Shown: positions 44,365 through 56,049, numbered from the stretch's first letter. The stretch is DNA of 64,000 nt from Lingula anatina (GCA_051362555.1 CM120640.1:39596788-39660787); one strand, 5' to 3'. Numbers and translations are program-made. The notes: generated by a model from the letters alone, not told the origin.

Positions 44365-45713
44365 CAAACAGACTGCATTGCCTACTGAAACTGTATTTTA
44401 GTCCCATGTTTCTTTCCTGTAAGTTTGAGAACAGTAAGTGACATGATTTTCCTTAAATGGTCATCATGGAAGCAGTGTCCAAAATAGGGGTTTCTTCAAA
44501 TTTTGATGCAATATTACATAATGTTTAACAGCTTAATGACCATCAATTTTTAATTATAAAATATTTGTATCACAGATATTCAGAAAATGCGACGAGCAAA
44601 GGTCTTCAGGCCCATGGAACTTCAAAGTCACACCTTGAAAATGCCAAAATGTAAACAAGACAGCACTGTTCTGAAATGGGTTTATTTCCATTTTTAACAC
44701 TTTTTTAACATAAAACAAAATAAACATTTTACTGCCATTTTTATATGACCAACTAAGTAAATTGATGAGATGGGAAAAGTATCAATAGAACAGTGTTAAA
44801 TGTCCAATTTCCTCCATTCTGAGATTCTGAACATAGTGGATGATTGAATCTGACAAACTGCAATGATATGAGTTTATTTCCATTTTTGACACTTTATTAC
44901 ACAATGCATGATAACAAGTTTACCATGTTTTTTACATAATCAACTAACAATGTTGTAAAGATGCAGGAAATATCAAACAAACACTTTTAGGCATCTTATT
45001 AGTTAAATAATGAGACTGTTAACATGCCTAATAATTGAATCTGAGGAAATGTGAAAAAACAGTATAACTTCTAAAATAATGGCCCGATTATGCTGATTTT
45101 CGAACTCAACCTGCGTTTTGGTAAGATTGACCACTTCTGTGAGTATAATTACAATTGGCCAATCCGTTTTTTTTATATTGTGTTATCAGTGTTGCATTTA
45201 CATTGAAAATAGTGAAAAAACAGCATAAATTCCCTAAAAATGGCCCAATCATGCTGATTTTCGAACTTGACCTGTGTATTATGAATATTCATCAGTTCTG
45301 TAAGTTTCAAGTCAAAAGGTAAAATGGTTTTCCACTTATCGTGTTATCGGTGCTGCATATATGCTGAAAAAAGTGAAAAAACAGCATAAATTCCCTAAAA
45401 GTGACCCGATCATGCTGATTTTCGAACTTGACCTGCGTATTATGAATATTCATCAGTTTTGTATGTTTCAAGTCAAAAGGTAAAATGGTTTTCCACTTAT
45501 CGTGTTATCGGTAAAAGTGCATGGCGACGGCGGCGACGACAGCGACGACGGCGATGACAGACGCAGATGATGGCTATATGTACAGACACATCTGTGTCTG
45601 TACATAAAAAAAAATATTGGTTTTGTTGGACAGGTTGGTTTGAAAATCGGACAGGTCAAATTTATGACCACCTGTCCGAAGGACAGGTGCTCAAAAAAGT
45701 TAGTGTCTAGCCC

Positions 45714-45755
<42 letters not shown>

Positions 45756-48700
45756 GAACATTTATCATGGGACTCAACACCTAACCTGCCGGAAATCAGA
45801 ATTGAATTAAAAAACACACAATTCCGTGTTTCCGTGGAAAAAAAAACTCATGTCTGATCTATCTACCTAGTACGATAGTTTAATTGGGAATGCACCCCTA
45901 GAACTGTACTAGCAAACGCCCATCTTCTTGACAACTTACTTCAGTCATTAAAGGTTTGAGATATTGGTCGTGTGGCTGACCAACCACCCAGTGGGCATAT
46001 CTGCTCAGTGTCCAGCAGGTTATGGACCTCACCAGTGCCTTCTTGTCAGCCAGACAGGAGATCAAGTAGGGAACAAGTTCTGGGAGATGGGGAATCATTC
46101 CATTCATACAACCTGAGATAGAACAAGATATAATCATTCAGAATGAACAGGCATATCAAATTCAGCTGTTTCCACTAACTTGATAATTTGCATCTGCTTT
46201 TTAACAATATGCCATCCTGATTTTGGTTCTAAGATACCTTGATGCCTATGTTGCAAATCTTAAAATGCAATATCATTAGCAATTTTTCATCCCCAACACC
46301 GTAAAAAAATTATCAAACCCAAAAAGCCCTACCTTCTGCAATTGCACCAAGCACCAATATGCCAGATTCTTTGATCTCCCAGTCTTGGTGAAACAATGTT
46401 TCTTTGAGAATAGGCAACACAATGGGCAGTAAATCATCTCTGAACACATTGGCTAAAACATCGAGGCCGGCAGCTGAACATTTTCCTAGAAAAAAAAAAT
46501 AACAATAATAATTCAAATGTTGCTAAACTATTGCAGCAAATATAGTGCTTAAAACAGAAGTTATAGCAGATATTTTTTGTCTGCATTACAAAGTATTGTT
46601 AAATGCTAAACAAAAAAACATTTCTTCCCAGCATTGTTTCACTTTATATTTATTGTTATAAAGCAGTCAGACAAATACAAACCAGCCAGTAACAACCAAC
46701 AGAATGCAAACTTACTCAAATTCCAGTCTGACAAAGCATCATCATCATCCAGTCCATCATCTGAGACATCATCATCCTCAGGGTCTCCTCCCTCCTGATG
46801 TTTCTGTGTGTGACTCTTGGACTTATGGAACCTTGGCTTTATGTCAGACTCCTTGTCTGGGATCATGTCATCTTCCTCAACATCTCCCTGGAATGAAAAG
46901 TATGTGTCATTTTCTGTCTACGCAAAAGAATTTCACTCATCTTAAGGACATCCTTCTTATCAATATGATCAATCAAATTCCAACACAATCCAAATTACTC
47001 ACGCATAATTACCTTTAATAAAATAATATCAATCTCTGAGTACTTCATCCCCCTGACCAGCACAGGAACCAGTTTCTCTATGTGTGGTGCCAAGACCTCT
47101 CTGCACACAGGCTGCTCTGCTATGGAAAGCCAGTATTCACAAGCCTCCAGGGCCACACTGTCATCTGGGTCCTGTGTCCTCAGCAACATGTACTAGATAT
47201 ACGAAATCAAAAATCAAAGTCAACTCTACTCCAAGTACATTTCTACATACAGCACGAACACGTTATCTATCTAAAACACACAATTAGTATATTTCCTACT
47301 TGTTTTCCTATGTCTAGATATTTGATTTTCCATGCATACTCAGTCTCAACAACATGAAATCTGTCTCTATTACTTTAAGAGGAAAAAAAACCACACACAC
47401 ACACACACACACAGAGGAAAAAAGTGACCTTACCTCCACAATGTTGTTCATTTGAGGCATGAGCCGGTCCATCCGCACTTCAACAAGCATGACCAAAGCC
47501 CGACAAACATTTTTACGGACTTCAGGATCTTCATCTCCAGCCAGGAAAAACAAACTCTACAATAACAAATAAACAATAAATGTGATAATAACAAATGAAT
47601 GAAAATAATCACAATTTATTTAATCAAATAAGGATTGTCCCTATTCGCAGACAATGTCTATTATTCTCCTCTTCTAAAAACAACACTGATTCATCCAATT
47701 TTAATCTACCTAATAAGCCTGTCTATTCAAATTAAATCACCACTAATGTAAACAAAATCGTAATATTTGCTCACCTCAATGAAAGAGTCAATGTGAATCA
47801 TTAGGGCTTGAGTCCGTGTGATAATAAACTGGTTGACACATGCAATGGCATGGGACCTTAAAATAATGCCAGATTCATCAATCATGGCTCGGCACAAAAA
47901 CAACTTTTTTTATCAGCAATGCGACTATTGAGGCTCAGATAGGAGTTAAAAGTCATTCCTACCACAATAAATAAGAAATATAAAGATATTGCTCAGAAAG
48001 ACAGCACTGACATGTGGACCATTTACAGACCAATTATTAATACATGAAAGCAATGTCTTACCTTATCTTAGGACTGCTGTGCTTAAAAAACTGTAGAAAC
48101 TTGGGAATAAGTACATTGAGAGGACGGTTGAGTGCATCACTGTCCAATGCTTCAGCAGAATCTTCACAAATCTTCTGCAAAGCTCCAAATGCACCCTGGA
48201 ATTGTAACAGAGGCAGATGCTAGAGGAAATGTGTTTCAAAATACAATAATCATGAAATCAATTCATTATCCCCCCATTTTTGTTAGACATGGAAGACATG
48301 CAATTTACCATTTTGTTTCTTTTGTAATTCCCTGGTGTAAGAAAAATATTAACTTAAATGCTAATGGCTTTTTGTTCCAAATAATGACACAGCAAAAAGC
48401 AGAATTAATTGTCCCCCCTACTATACAAATATTCCAAAAGAATGATAAAGGGCAATTTACTAGAAATAAACATCGTAGTACCGTAGTGTATCATCCTAAG
48501 GCAAACAATCAGTCAATATGTCTATTTCTTTCCTTTGTGTACACAGAACAGCAGGTGCCAGACATTTTATGGATAATAATTCATTATAAATGAACCATGT
48601 TACATCCAGCATGTAAAATGCCAAGCTCTGCTTACAAATTGTGATTTCTGCAGTATGTTGCTGTATGCTTCCTGGATGTATTTTTGTGGTGTCAGAGAAT

Positions 48701-51700
48701 ATCAGATAAAGAAAATGGTCCATGGGTGAAGGCAAGGAGGTCCAAAAATTTTTGTATCAAATCAAGGTGGATCTGACTTAAAGTGGAGAAAATAACAAAA
48801 ATCTCATCTGTTTCTCAGAGCAGTTTAAACCTTCATAGCCAAACAGTAAAAGAAAAAGATGTAATACATTTTGCAGCTACTTTTACAAATTCAGTGTGTT
48901 AACTTTCAAACAACTAGTAGACACTACTCTATCAGATTCTAGGCAAGCATTTAAAGGCCTCCATGGCATGCAGATCTTTTACAGTTCAGCCAATGTCTGG
49001 GTAAGGTATCACTGTCTGGCTCAGGTGAGAGCCCAATATATCTGCAGTCAGGTTTTCAAGCAAATCAATACTTGCCTATAATGGAGGCATTGATTGCTGT
49101 AATACAACACTACTTGTTCAGCGCAATTCATTAGGCCCCAGTCAAAACTACAAATACAGGGCCAATTTCCTTTAAGTTGTATACTGGTGCAGTCAGTTTA
49201 GAAACTGTTTAAACTATGGCCTAACAACCAATATGACTGAAAAAATAAAATTACAAAGAAAGGGAAAAAAATTGGATAAAAGCTTCAGCAAATGGTTCTT
49301 GCACTCTATATCATATTAACAACTTTCAGCTTACCTCGCAGACATTATAATCCTCAGAATCCAAGTACTGGCAAAGAGTAGGGAGGAGCTCTGGCCAATT
49401 AACCAGCTCTCCTTTAGCAGAGATAGTAGTGATAAGAATTCCAATTGTGGCACGGATGAGAGGAGAAGGGTCACCGATGCTTTTCAAGCATTCTTGTTTG
49501 ATGAACTGGCAGACTTCTTGTGGGCATTTGTGGTAGTGTGCACGAACATTGTTCTTCAGTATTAGGCCTGCCAGGGAACGAGTGGGCTCATCTAAAAAAA
49601 AATAGTGTACTTTTGAAATAGATAAAATCATACCAACCCACACAGAGTTTAATGCCAAAACCAACTTAATACAGAAAAAGATTGAAATTCAATATTCAAC
49701 ACAAATGTACAAGAAATGAAGCACCCTTGTGTTCATTATTCAAACACATCAACATTTTCATTTCCAAATTCTACTTTTGAACTCCCACACCCCATCTCAC
49801 AAGTCTGTCTTAAGGATTTTATTCCTTCTCTTTCTTTTTTTGAATCATAGCAAAAAAATTTTCTTTCTTTTCATTTTGTATTCAATCATTATGTGATGAC
49901 GAAATTGATCTCTAACCACATCAACAGAATACTTAACCAAAACACTAGCCATCAACATGATCAAAGCGTAAATAATCACTTAGAATGCAATTTTTATTTT
50001 TAGGAGAAAATGTAACTCATATTCAAGGGCTCATCTTTACAAGTAACTTCATTTTCAAGTGCACCACTGCATAGTCCCTATTGTATATCACTTGCACCTC
50101 AGGGCACACACCCAAGTTTGATTAATCAATAGCCTAAATGAGTTCCCCTTGTAACTGTTGCCACTACAAATAGCAGGGCAATCAATGATAGACTATTCAC
50201 CATGCTGCCTTGCACACACTTCATAAGTTCTACAATCCATGGTCAGAACCATGTCTAAGACATCTTTGGAATTATACACTGAGCCATATTCTTATCTGCA
50301 GAGCTCACACTGCACCTAGGATATTATAATATGCAAGAGGTCTTTAAACAAGGATAAGTAATGGCATACAGAAGATTTTATTGATCTTCTCACCGCAGGA
50401 AGCTATGTGCTCTGTTGATTTCCCTACAGATTATTGTAAGAAAAACCAGTACCATTGCAGCACAAAAGATCTGCTTAGCCAAGCAGCAATGAAGATTGAT
50501 TAATGCTGGCAAGCTACAGCACATTGTCACTGGTCGCACGCAGTAAATCCTATGTATTGCGCTCACACAATCACTGACAATTCCTATTTATTATCCTTAC
50601 AGCTAACATACCTTTTATCACAACAAACAAACCTTTGTTTAAACCAAGCAAAATAAAAATCTTGCCTTAGAACAAGTAAAAAAGATTCTTACCTTCACTT
50701 GTCAGCTTCGTCAGCACGAAAATTAAATAATTGTTGAAGTCTGGATATTTATTCAGTTCTTCAAGTTTCTGTTAATTAAGTCAAGGCAATTCAATGTTTG
50801 TCAAGTTACTAGTACAGTCATATATCACAAGTAGTAGGAAACTTTTCCAGACAAAGGTGAAAAGTGGAAGATTCATTTCAGTAGGTAACCGAGTTATTTT
50901 GTTATAACAAGAAAAACATCTATGTGTAAATGTATAAACTCACAGATAAATCAAAAGTTTAAAATGTTAAGACATATATGTAAATAACATCACAAGTTTA
51001 AAGCAGAACACAGGAGGATTTTATGGTTAGCATCACAAAGAAATGACTGACAGTTGTGATAAAAACTGAACTCTTAGCTGTTCATGATGATCAAGTAACT
51101 TCAAAATTCATAAAACCATGCATTATTATGGTAGACAAAACTGAATTTTTTAAAACTTTAACAACAACGAGAAACTCTACTACCTTTATAACTTAATACT
51201 GGTATATAAATATACATAAAAATGACAAAGTGGTGGATTGTAAATACAAAATATTCTCTCGAAACCATTTTGATATTTTACAAGTTTCAACCATTTACAT
51301 CAGTGTTTCCCCTGCACTTAAATGAGCGAGGCGCCCGCCTCGATGATATTTGCAAGCGCCTCGCTGAAATTTGTCAAAAGCACCGCCTCGCTGGACTATA
51401 TGGAACAACAAAGTATATTTTCACTCATGCTAACTGAAAATTATATTTATTTCTAAGCAAATATGGCATTTTCTGTTTACATACGTAATCCCATGCTTCT
51501 GAGCACTTGATTTAGTAGTAACGGAAAGACGCATGCGCGTATGCCTAAAAATAACCAGCAGTTACTATCTCCCTGTGAGTGCCTCGTTTTCGCAGTTCTG
51601 TGCCTTATTTGAAGTATAAGAAACAGAGTGAAACGAGGCAACTGTTCTTGACACCATTTAATCACGTGTCAAGAATACACTTTCTCCATCACTTCATGTT

Positions 51701-53550
51701 CCGAAATTCAGACCGCCTGTTGTTTGTTTTTATAGTTTACGAATATTCACTGATAAAAAAGGAGCAAATAAAGTGGACTTCGTTGATTTTATAAACTTGG
51801 AGAAGATTTTCTATTGATTTACGGGTGAGTTTTGTGAAAGCAGTAGCGTTGTAAAACTGGGTCACGTCAGTATTTTGCGTGGAAACTATGCATTGAATAT
51901 GAATTTCCATGACTGAATAGAACCATATAAATGAATAAACGAAGAACTAAAATTGATGATAAGTGTGTTTTTCATCTCTTTAATTCCGAAGCATTCATTT
52001 AACGGTGTTTGAAGTTGTTGATTATAAATTACATCTCAAACTACGTATAACTAGTAGCGGGAGTCGCTTTGCGCTGAACGACAAGAGAGAGAACTTTTGC
52101 GGCAGTTTTATATTAGGATGAAGCGCTCCCACACGCAAAGTCAATTGACCAGTTACTTTCACAAGAATGTGAAAACGGTAAAAACAACATATTTTATCAA
52201 CTTTTTGGTCAATTTAAAAATAATTCAATGTAGTAAGCCCTTTTTCTCGTTTCTTGTTAGTATTAAAGTAGTTAACTTTTTTTTTTTTTGAAAGTATTAA
52301 CTTTTTTTTTTTTTTTGAAAGAGTATGTTCTATAAACTGAAAAGGACTAAACTGAGTGAATGCACAGACTGGAAAATAAATTTTGTCCAAACCTTTGTTA
52401 TGTCATTACTGAATTTACTCCTCAAAACATCTAAAACAAGACAATTCAGTGCCACATAAAATGTAAAAAAAATCAGTTCTAAATACCCTAAAATGCACCA
52501 AATTGCACCTCGATTTAAAAAATTTTCCGGGGGGGCATGCCCCCGGACCCCCCTAGTATTGCTGGGATCGCGGACTGCCTACCACCTCGCAGAGCTTGAA
52601 AGCCAGGGGAAACACTGTACATTACTGTTTCTATTAAAAGTATGTAACAAAACTTGTTTTCTATATATCATTTGAACACAGCAAAATTAACATCACTAGC
52701 AATAATAAATAAGATTAAATGGAAAAATACTATTTACATTATTACTAATGTAGGCCAATAGAGTAAATGTGGTTTATTTAGCCATTCAAGTAAACTGGAT
52801 ATTAAAAAAATACTCATTCTATAAATTTTACATAAGAGTACATCTAGTTTCTGCAAAGAATGAGAATCTATACATACAGTATCTTTTTTGTTTTTCTTTT
52901 CTTTGCAGAGTTATGTGGTTATGTCACTTAAGATAACCACTTAACAAATACCTTTGGAAAGATTCAAAGAATGGTTGAGTAACAAAACATTGCAACATTA
53001 GATCCTATGTAACATATATTCAATAAAATGAATGAATCTAAGCTGATACTACGAGAGACATCAATTCCAACAAACATGCAATTGATTAAATTTTAAATGA
53101 CTTAGCTGGTGTTCCTTTTATTTCAAAAATGGAAATGCTGACCGGCGATGTTGCCCCCCATCATTAATTTTCAAAGACAAAGAAATAGCAAAAAAAGGTG
53201 TTTTCCAAACGCGCGTTTTACGCTCAGGGCCGCTGATTGCTATATCCTGTTTTAAGAAATATTCGCTAAAATTGCGAAGAACCTGTCACATTTTCATAAA
53301 CTGGTGTGTCTAGAAAGATCCATACACGTGCGTTCCTCTTTGAAATAAGAGAGCATTTCAGATTACCTTCATGTTTCACCATCAATTTTGTCAGATCAGA
53401 AGCAATGTTTCACAAGATCAATATTATGTAAGTGTAAACATGTAAGGATACTTGCTGGACAGCTCTCTGGGTGGCTGTATCTGGTGACTGTGATTCTTTC
53501 AAAAGCTGTAAAATCTGCCGAAGGCCGTTTTCCTCTGGCTGCCACGCCAT
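31479..53550 (-). CDS. TNPO1: Transportin-1/2 (importin beta-2, karyopherin beta-2)
   Basis: About 21 exons from [33 protein letters not shown] (53550-53452) to [35 protein letters not shown] (31586-31479). Internal peptides [12 protein letters not shown], acidic H8 loop [44 protein letters not shown] and [22 protein letters not shown]. Confidence 0.97.
33300..33340. repeat. (AAT)n microsatellite
   Basis: Tandem aat run. Confidence 0.95.
34326..35306 (-). CDS. DIRS tyrosine recombinase
   Basis: Catalytic R (QAARTQTL), HxxR ([10 protein letters not shown]), GW and Y (TFAKFYDK). Overlaps the 3' end of pol. Confidence 0.93.
   Translation of the reverse strand: MQSVRNSFRERGFSEDSTKILMLSWKTGTQKQYNTHINRWFQYCSKRTITPLSPTLEAVIEFLTEQFNKGLGYESLNTARGALSALGINFDGFRIGNHPLIIRYMKGVFAARPSQPRYTEVWDVERVLTYLRKLSPVKHITLKDLTLKLVMLMALTQAARTQTLQLLSFQGYKKLRTEFLFKLDGSLKQNRPGYNVVSVSFKAYPPDRRLCVYTVLKEYLFRTKVMRNDKNCARLLISYMKPHHNVARDTVARWIKTVMSRAGIDTYTFSSHGVRAAATSKAKASAVPISVIIDKAGWSKKSTFAKFYDKRIVSNQDRFQDGVLGK
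35129..37144 (-). CDS. DIRS Pol: reverse transcriptase, RNase H and DNA N6-adenine methyltransferase-like domain
   Basis: [12 protein letters not shown]-terminal motif, LPNG...YIDD, LHTDAS..INVLEL..SDNTTAV..ADKASR, then DCFAS...YLFPPF. The frame stays open about 100 nt upstream of 37144 with no nearby ATG. Confidence 0.93.
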   Translation of the reverse strand: MADFIDQWKLITSDLFILDIVKHCHINLDFNGGIPAIVKSNCKFNRLEMSIIDIEIKKLLDMKVIIPVNSEAGQILSPIFLRQKENGEYRLILNLKELNRFIPYQHFKMETFEKTLPLITKNVKMGSVDIRHAYYSIKLADEQQKFFRFQWRDKIYQYTCLPNGVSEGPRLFTKLLKPVFGKLRSLGYVSSGYIDDSLIIGSDDLECTENLNATVTLLSKLGFIINEDKSVLRPTSKLKFLGNVIDSDKMIVTLPLDRQEKIISACEELYNVSKAPIRQVARVIGLLVASFSAVDYGKLYYRKLERAKIKALQESKGNYDAPMIISNSMRSDLIWWIVNLKSQHRVIARPNPSETLHTDASTLGWGASYKNNNFGGRWTDVEGKLPINVLELMAILNALKSLKRDLKSKHIKVMSDNTTAVSYINNMGGTVSENCNKVACDIWIWCISHDVWLTCTYIAGKNNEAADKASREFKDDLEWKLDSKIFHKICNFWGIPDIDCFASRINAQVETYCSWKPDPNCSFVDAFTIDWETFNSVYLFPPFSLLGNCVQKVRQDRAKGIIVAPMWPTQAWFPRLMELLVEKPVIIQKKNNLLRLPHLQLKHPLEGKLRLIACKVSGIVSENEDFQRTLPKYLCCLGKQGHKNNITHTLTGGFSTVVKGRLLHFRQLWKQ
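37177..38269 (-). pseudogene. DIRS gag-like ORF1, split by a frameshift near 37590
   Basis: A 226-aa ORF (38269-37589) and a 132-aa ORF (37575-37177) lie in adjacent frames. RPGNCDYL...NQLIW and FLFGDDL followed by an RG-rich tail are typical of DIRS gag. Confidence 0.8.
41005..41083 (-). ncRNA. Box C/D snoRNA, U81/SNORD81-like
   Basis: C box ATGATGA (41072-41066), D' CTGA (41049-41046), D CTGA (41018-41015) and a perfect 9-bp terminal stem. The guide TGAACTCTCTC is complementary to the conserved 28S GAGAGAGUUCA. Confidence 0.85.
41371..41443 (-). ncRNA. Box C/D snoRNA, U26/SNORD26-like
   Basis: ATGATGA, guide GAACTCTCTCTT-A-CTGA (D'), terminal D box CTGA and a 6-bp terminal stem TGCACA/TGTGCA. 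Confidence 0.85.
41653..41730 (-). ncRNA. SNORD41: Box C/D snoRNA, U41/SNORD41-like
   Basis: C box at 41724-41718 and D box at 41662-41659. The guide TGTATTCGTACTG is complementary to 28S CAGUACGAAUACA, matching the recalled human U41 guide. Confidence 0.8.
42227..42298 (-). ncRNA. Box C/D snoRNA, second U81-like copy
   Basis: ATGATGA (42291-42285), GAACTCTCTCACTGA, D box at 42237-42234 and TGCA terminal stem. Confidence 0.8.
42617..45715. mobile_element. Non-autonomous TIR DNA transposon (CAGGG ends, 5-bp TSD, hAT5-like)
   Basis: TIRs CAGGGCTCGACATTA / TAGTGTCTAGCCCTG (13/15 match), TSD TAAAA on both sides, and clustered subterminal GGACAGGT/ACCTGTCC motifs. Internal ~350-bp duplication at about 43935-44650. 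No transposase ORF. Confidence 0.85.
44654..45612 (+). mobile_element. Putative Helentron-associated (HINE-like) non-autonomous element with ~170-bp internal tandem repeats
   Basis: AACAAGA start, three copies of GTGAAAAAACAG..ATGCTGATTTTCGAACT.. (about 45050-45510), a GACG-type microsatellite, and a perfect 14-bp-arm hairpin at 45577-45606 followed by an A run. Confidence 0.55.
50769..53451 (-). other. U12-type (minor spliceosome) GT-AG intron, first coding intron of transportin
   Basis: Donor CAA|GTATCCTTAC and branch site TGCCTTGAC about 12 nt before the AG, with no polypyrimidine tract. Confidence 0.85.
51301..52617. mobile_element. Non-autonomous TIR DNA transposon (CAGTG ends, 5-bp TSD)
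   Basis: Perfect 14-bp TIR CAGTGTTTCCCCTG / CAGGGGAAACACTG, perfect TSD TACAT (51296-51300, 52618-52622) and subterminal GCCTCG repeats. Confidence 0.92.
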
Positions 53551-54458
53551 TTTTGCTTCTTTTGCTCGTGCAGCACCGGAAATAGTCGGAGATAACGTCC
53601 TTTTTTATGCGAATTATAAAATTTTATTCTTATGTTGTATATTTCCCAATACAGTAAAACACCTAATACTGTATGTAAAAACTCAATTTTACCACAGATA
53701 CTTCTTTTAAATAATCTTTTACGAAAATTACCGAAGAGAAGGCTTTTGGAAATATAAAAGAAGCAAAATGATTGGTCGTTAGACTGTCACTAAATGGAAT
53801 ATTTCACGTTTTCTCATTTTTTGTAGCTTAAGATGATGCAAAAACCTATATAAGAAGTATAAACTTCGAGAATTACTTCGAAAAATAGTGAATATAACAG
53901 TAAGTAAAGGAATATATTTTAAAGATTTGGATTTTAAGATGAATGAGTTAGCCAATAGCGTAAGATCTTTCAATGGAACTTCGGAATGCAATTTAGGATT
54001 TGCACATGCGTAGCACGTGCTTCTATTTTCAAAACAGTAAAATTAGGTCATCCTGACTCAGCTGCAAATTTACACAACTATTTTTATCACAAACAAAGCT
54101 TGAACATTCCATCAGAAGGAAAGAAGACAGGTAACATCAATGTGTGCACTGCAAAGTTTTCGACCAAATGAATTTTTGGAAACGGTGAAGTTTTCTTGAT
54201 GCTATTCTTGATTGATTTTGATTGCCACTTGGATTGAATTGATTGATATTTATCGCGCGATTTTTATCAGGTAATGGTAGCAGTATAAATTAACAGTAAT
54301 GAATATTAACACTAGAGGTTATACAAATTACTAAAAAAAAAAGACAAAGAAAAAACGTAAAATGATAAAGAGACATATACTAAGACTTAGTAGTAGTAGT
54401 AGTACATTGTACTTGTACGTGTAAGAGCGCATTAAGAACAAGATGATACGTGGACTAA

Positions 54459-54760
54459 GGGGCCATTCAGAATGAGAAGATTCGAGTGCTAACTGGTTCA
54501 CGACCTAAACATGGCATACCTACTTAAAAGGAAGACCGCTTATGCCTGTAATGGTCTCTCCGCCTCGTATATGCCTCCCCATGCATCGTCCCTGCAGGGG
54601 CACAGTAATTAAATCTCAGCTCCATTTGACCAGACGCGTGGAAGGCCTATGAGAGGCGGAGAGACCATTACAGGAATAAGCGGTCTTCCTTTCATGTATG
54701 TCTGCCATATTTAGTCTATGGACCAGTTAGCATTCGTATCTTCTCATTTTGAATGGCCCC
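54459..54760. mobile_element. Palindromic PIF/Harbinger-like MITE in the TNPO1-FBXW9 divergent intergenic region
   Basis: GGGGCCATTCAGAATGAGAAGAT...ATCTTCTCATTTTGAATGGCCCC with arms of about 105 bp. Flanks TAA/CAA. Confidence 0.85.
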
Positions 54761-54781
54761 CAACAGATCTGCGGAATAAAT

Positions 54782-56049
54782 ATGGCTGACCCACCTAAAA
54801 GCGATGACACTAATTCCCTAATGGTTGCCCCTCCTTCATGCATGCCATTAAATAGTTTAAATCTTGGTTCTGAGGTTCAGTTGCTAGGCCTCAGCAGTGA
54901 CGACGTGTCTAGAGGCGGGGAGACGATATATACCCCATGTTACTTGAGTTTATATTAACATTGGGCACATACAGTATATTTAAAATTTATTAATTATTCA
55001 TTGGATTTGGTCTGATGTGATGGTTTTAGCAGGAATGTATAATGTTATGTTGATGGTTTTAGCAGAAACATCTAATATTATGTTATTTTGCCACCTACTA
55101 ATAGCATTATGAAGAGCAAAGATTTTTGTCATTAAATCAAATAGACATGCTGATAAATTAATACAACTATGGTGTTGAACCTTTCATACTTTTTGAAAAT
55201 TCTATTATACCATTACTTACAAGATAGCTACATATTTGTTGATAGTAAATTGTTGTTGCATGTTTGTTTCCAGTATGACAATCCCATAATGTCAGTGACC
55301 CAGGACAATACCTGTACCTCTGTAGATATGAACAAATCAACAGCTAGGGCAGAGCCTGAGGGAAACCAACCCATAAGCCTAGACACCCTTCCGCCTGAGC
55401 TGTTTTTATGTATCTGTGATTATTTAGATGCCAAATTTGTCATTAAAACCTTAAGTCTTGTTTGCAAGGCATTTCACAGTACTATCAGTGATGATAGTAC
55501 ATGGAAAATTCGTATTGGGAAAAGATGGCCCAAAAGGTACCCTGTGATACCAGGTAAGAAGCTGATTTTCAAATTGAAATTCAAAAGAGACTCAAAGTGT
55601 TACGAATGTTAAAGTATGCATTACCACCAATCTCTTTGAAAACATGTCTAAGCAAAGAATGAAAACATTTAATTGTTAGAGGGATATATATATCTTTTTT
55701 TTATTTTAAATAAGGATTAGGGAGAACTAATTTTAGGATTTTTAATTCAGGAAAAAAATGTATACCAAAATTTTTCTTGTGTATTTTGTTGCTTTATATA
55801 GTTCGTCAAAATATTTCAGTGGATGACTCCAATTTCAATTGGAAAAATGCATGTATTCAGAGAGAAGAGCAGCATAGGCTGTGGTCTAATTGGAAAGAAA
55901 ACATGGACCATTTTGTGTTTCGTGAAGGCCTATATGCTCCAGTGGATGTTGTGCATTTGATGAAGGTAATCACATTCACAACTGACGTCTGTTTCAGTTT
56001 AAATATAATTAATATAGGCACAGCCTATATATATGATGCAACAATTCCA

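Larger units (their letters stand above)
42406..45898. mobile_element. Old PIF/Harbinger-like MITE, split by later insertions
   Basis: Imperfect ~35-bp TIRs GGGTGCATTTCCCA..AAACTA..ACTACGTAGAT and ATCTACCTAGT..TAGTTT..TGGGAATGCACCC. No clear TSD; the superfamily call is inferred from the GGG termini. Confidence 0.55.

Noticed and set aside
45050-45510. Regularly spaced repeats that might suggest a CRISPR-like array
   Set aside because: Whole units are repeated without unique spacers, the context is eukaryotic and there are no cas genes.
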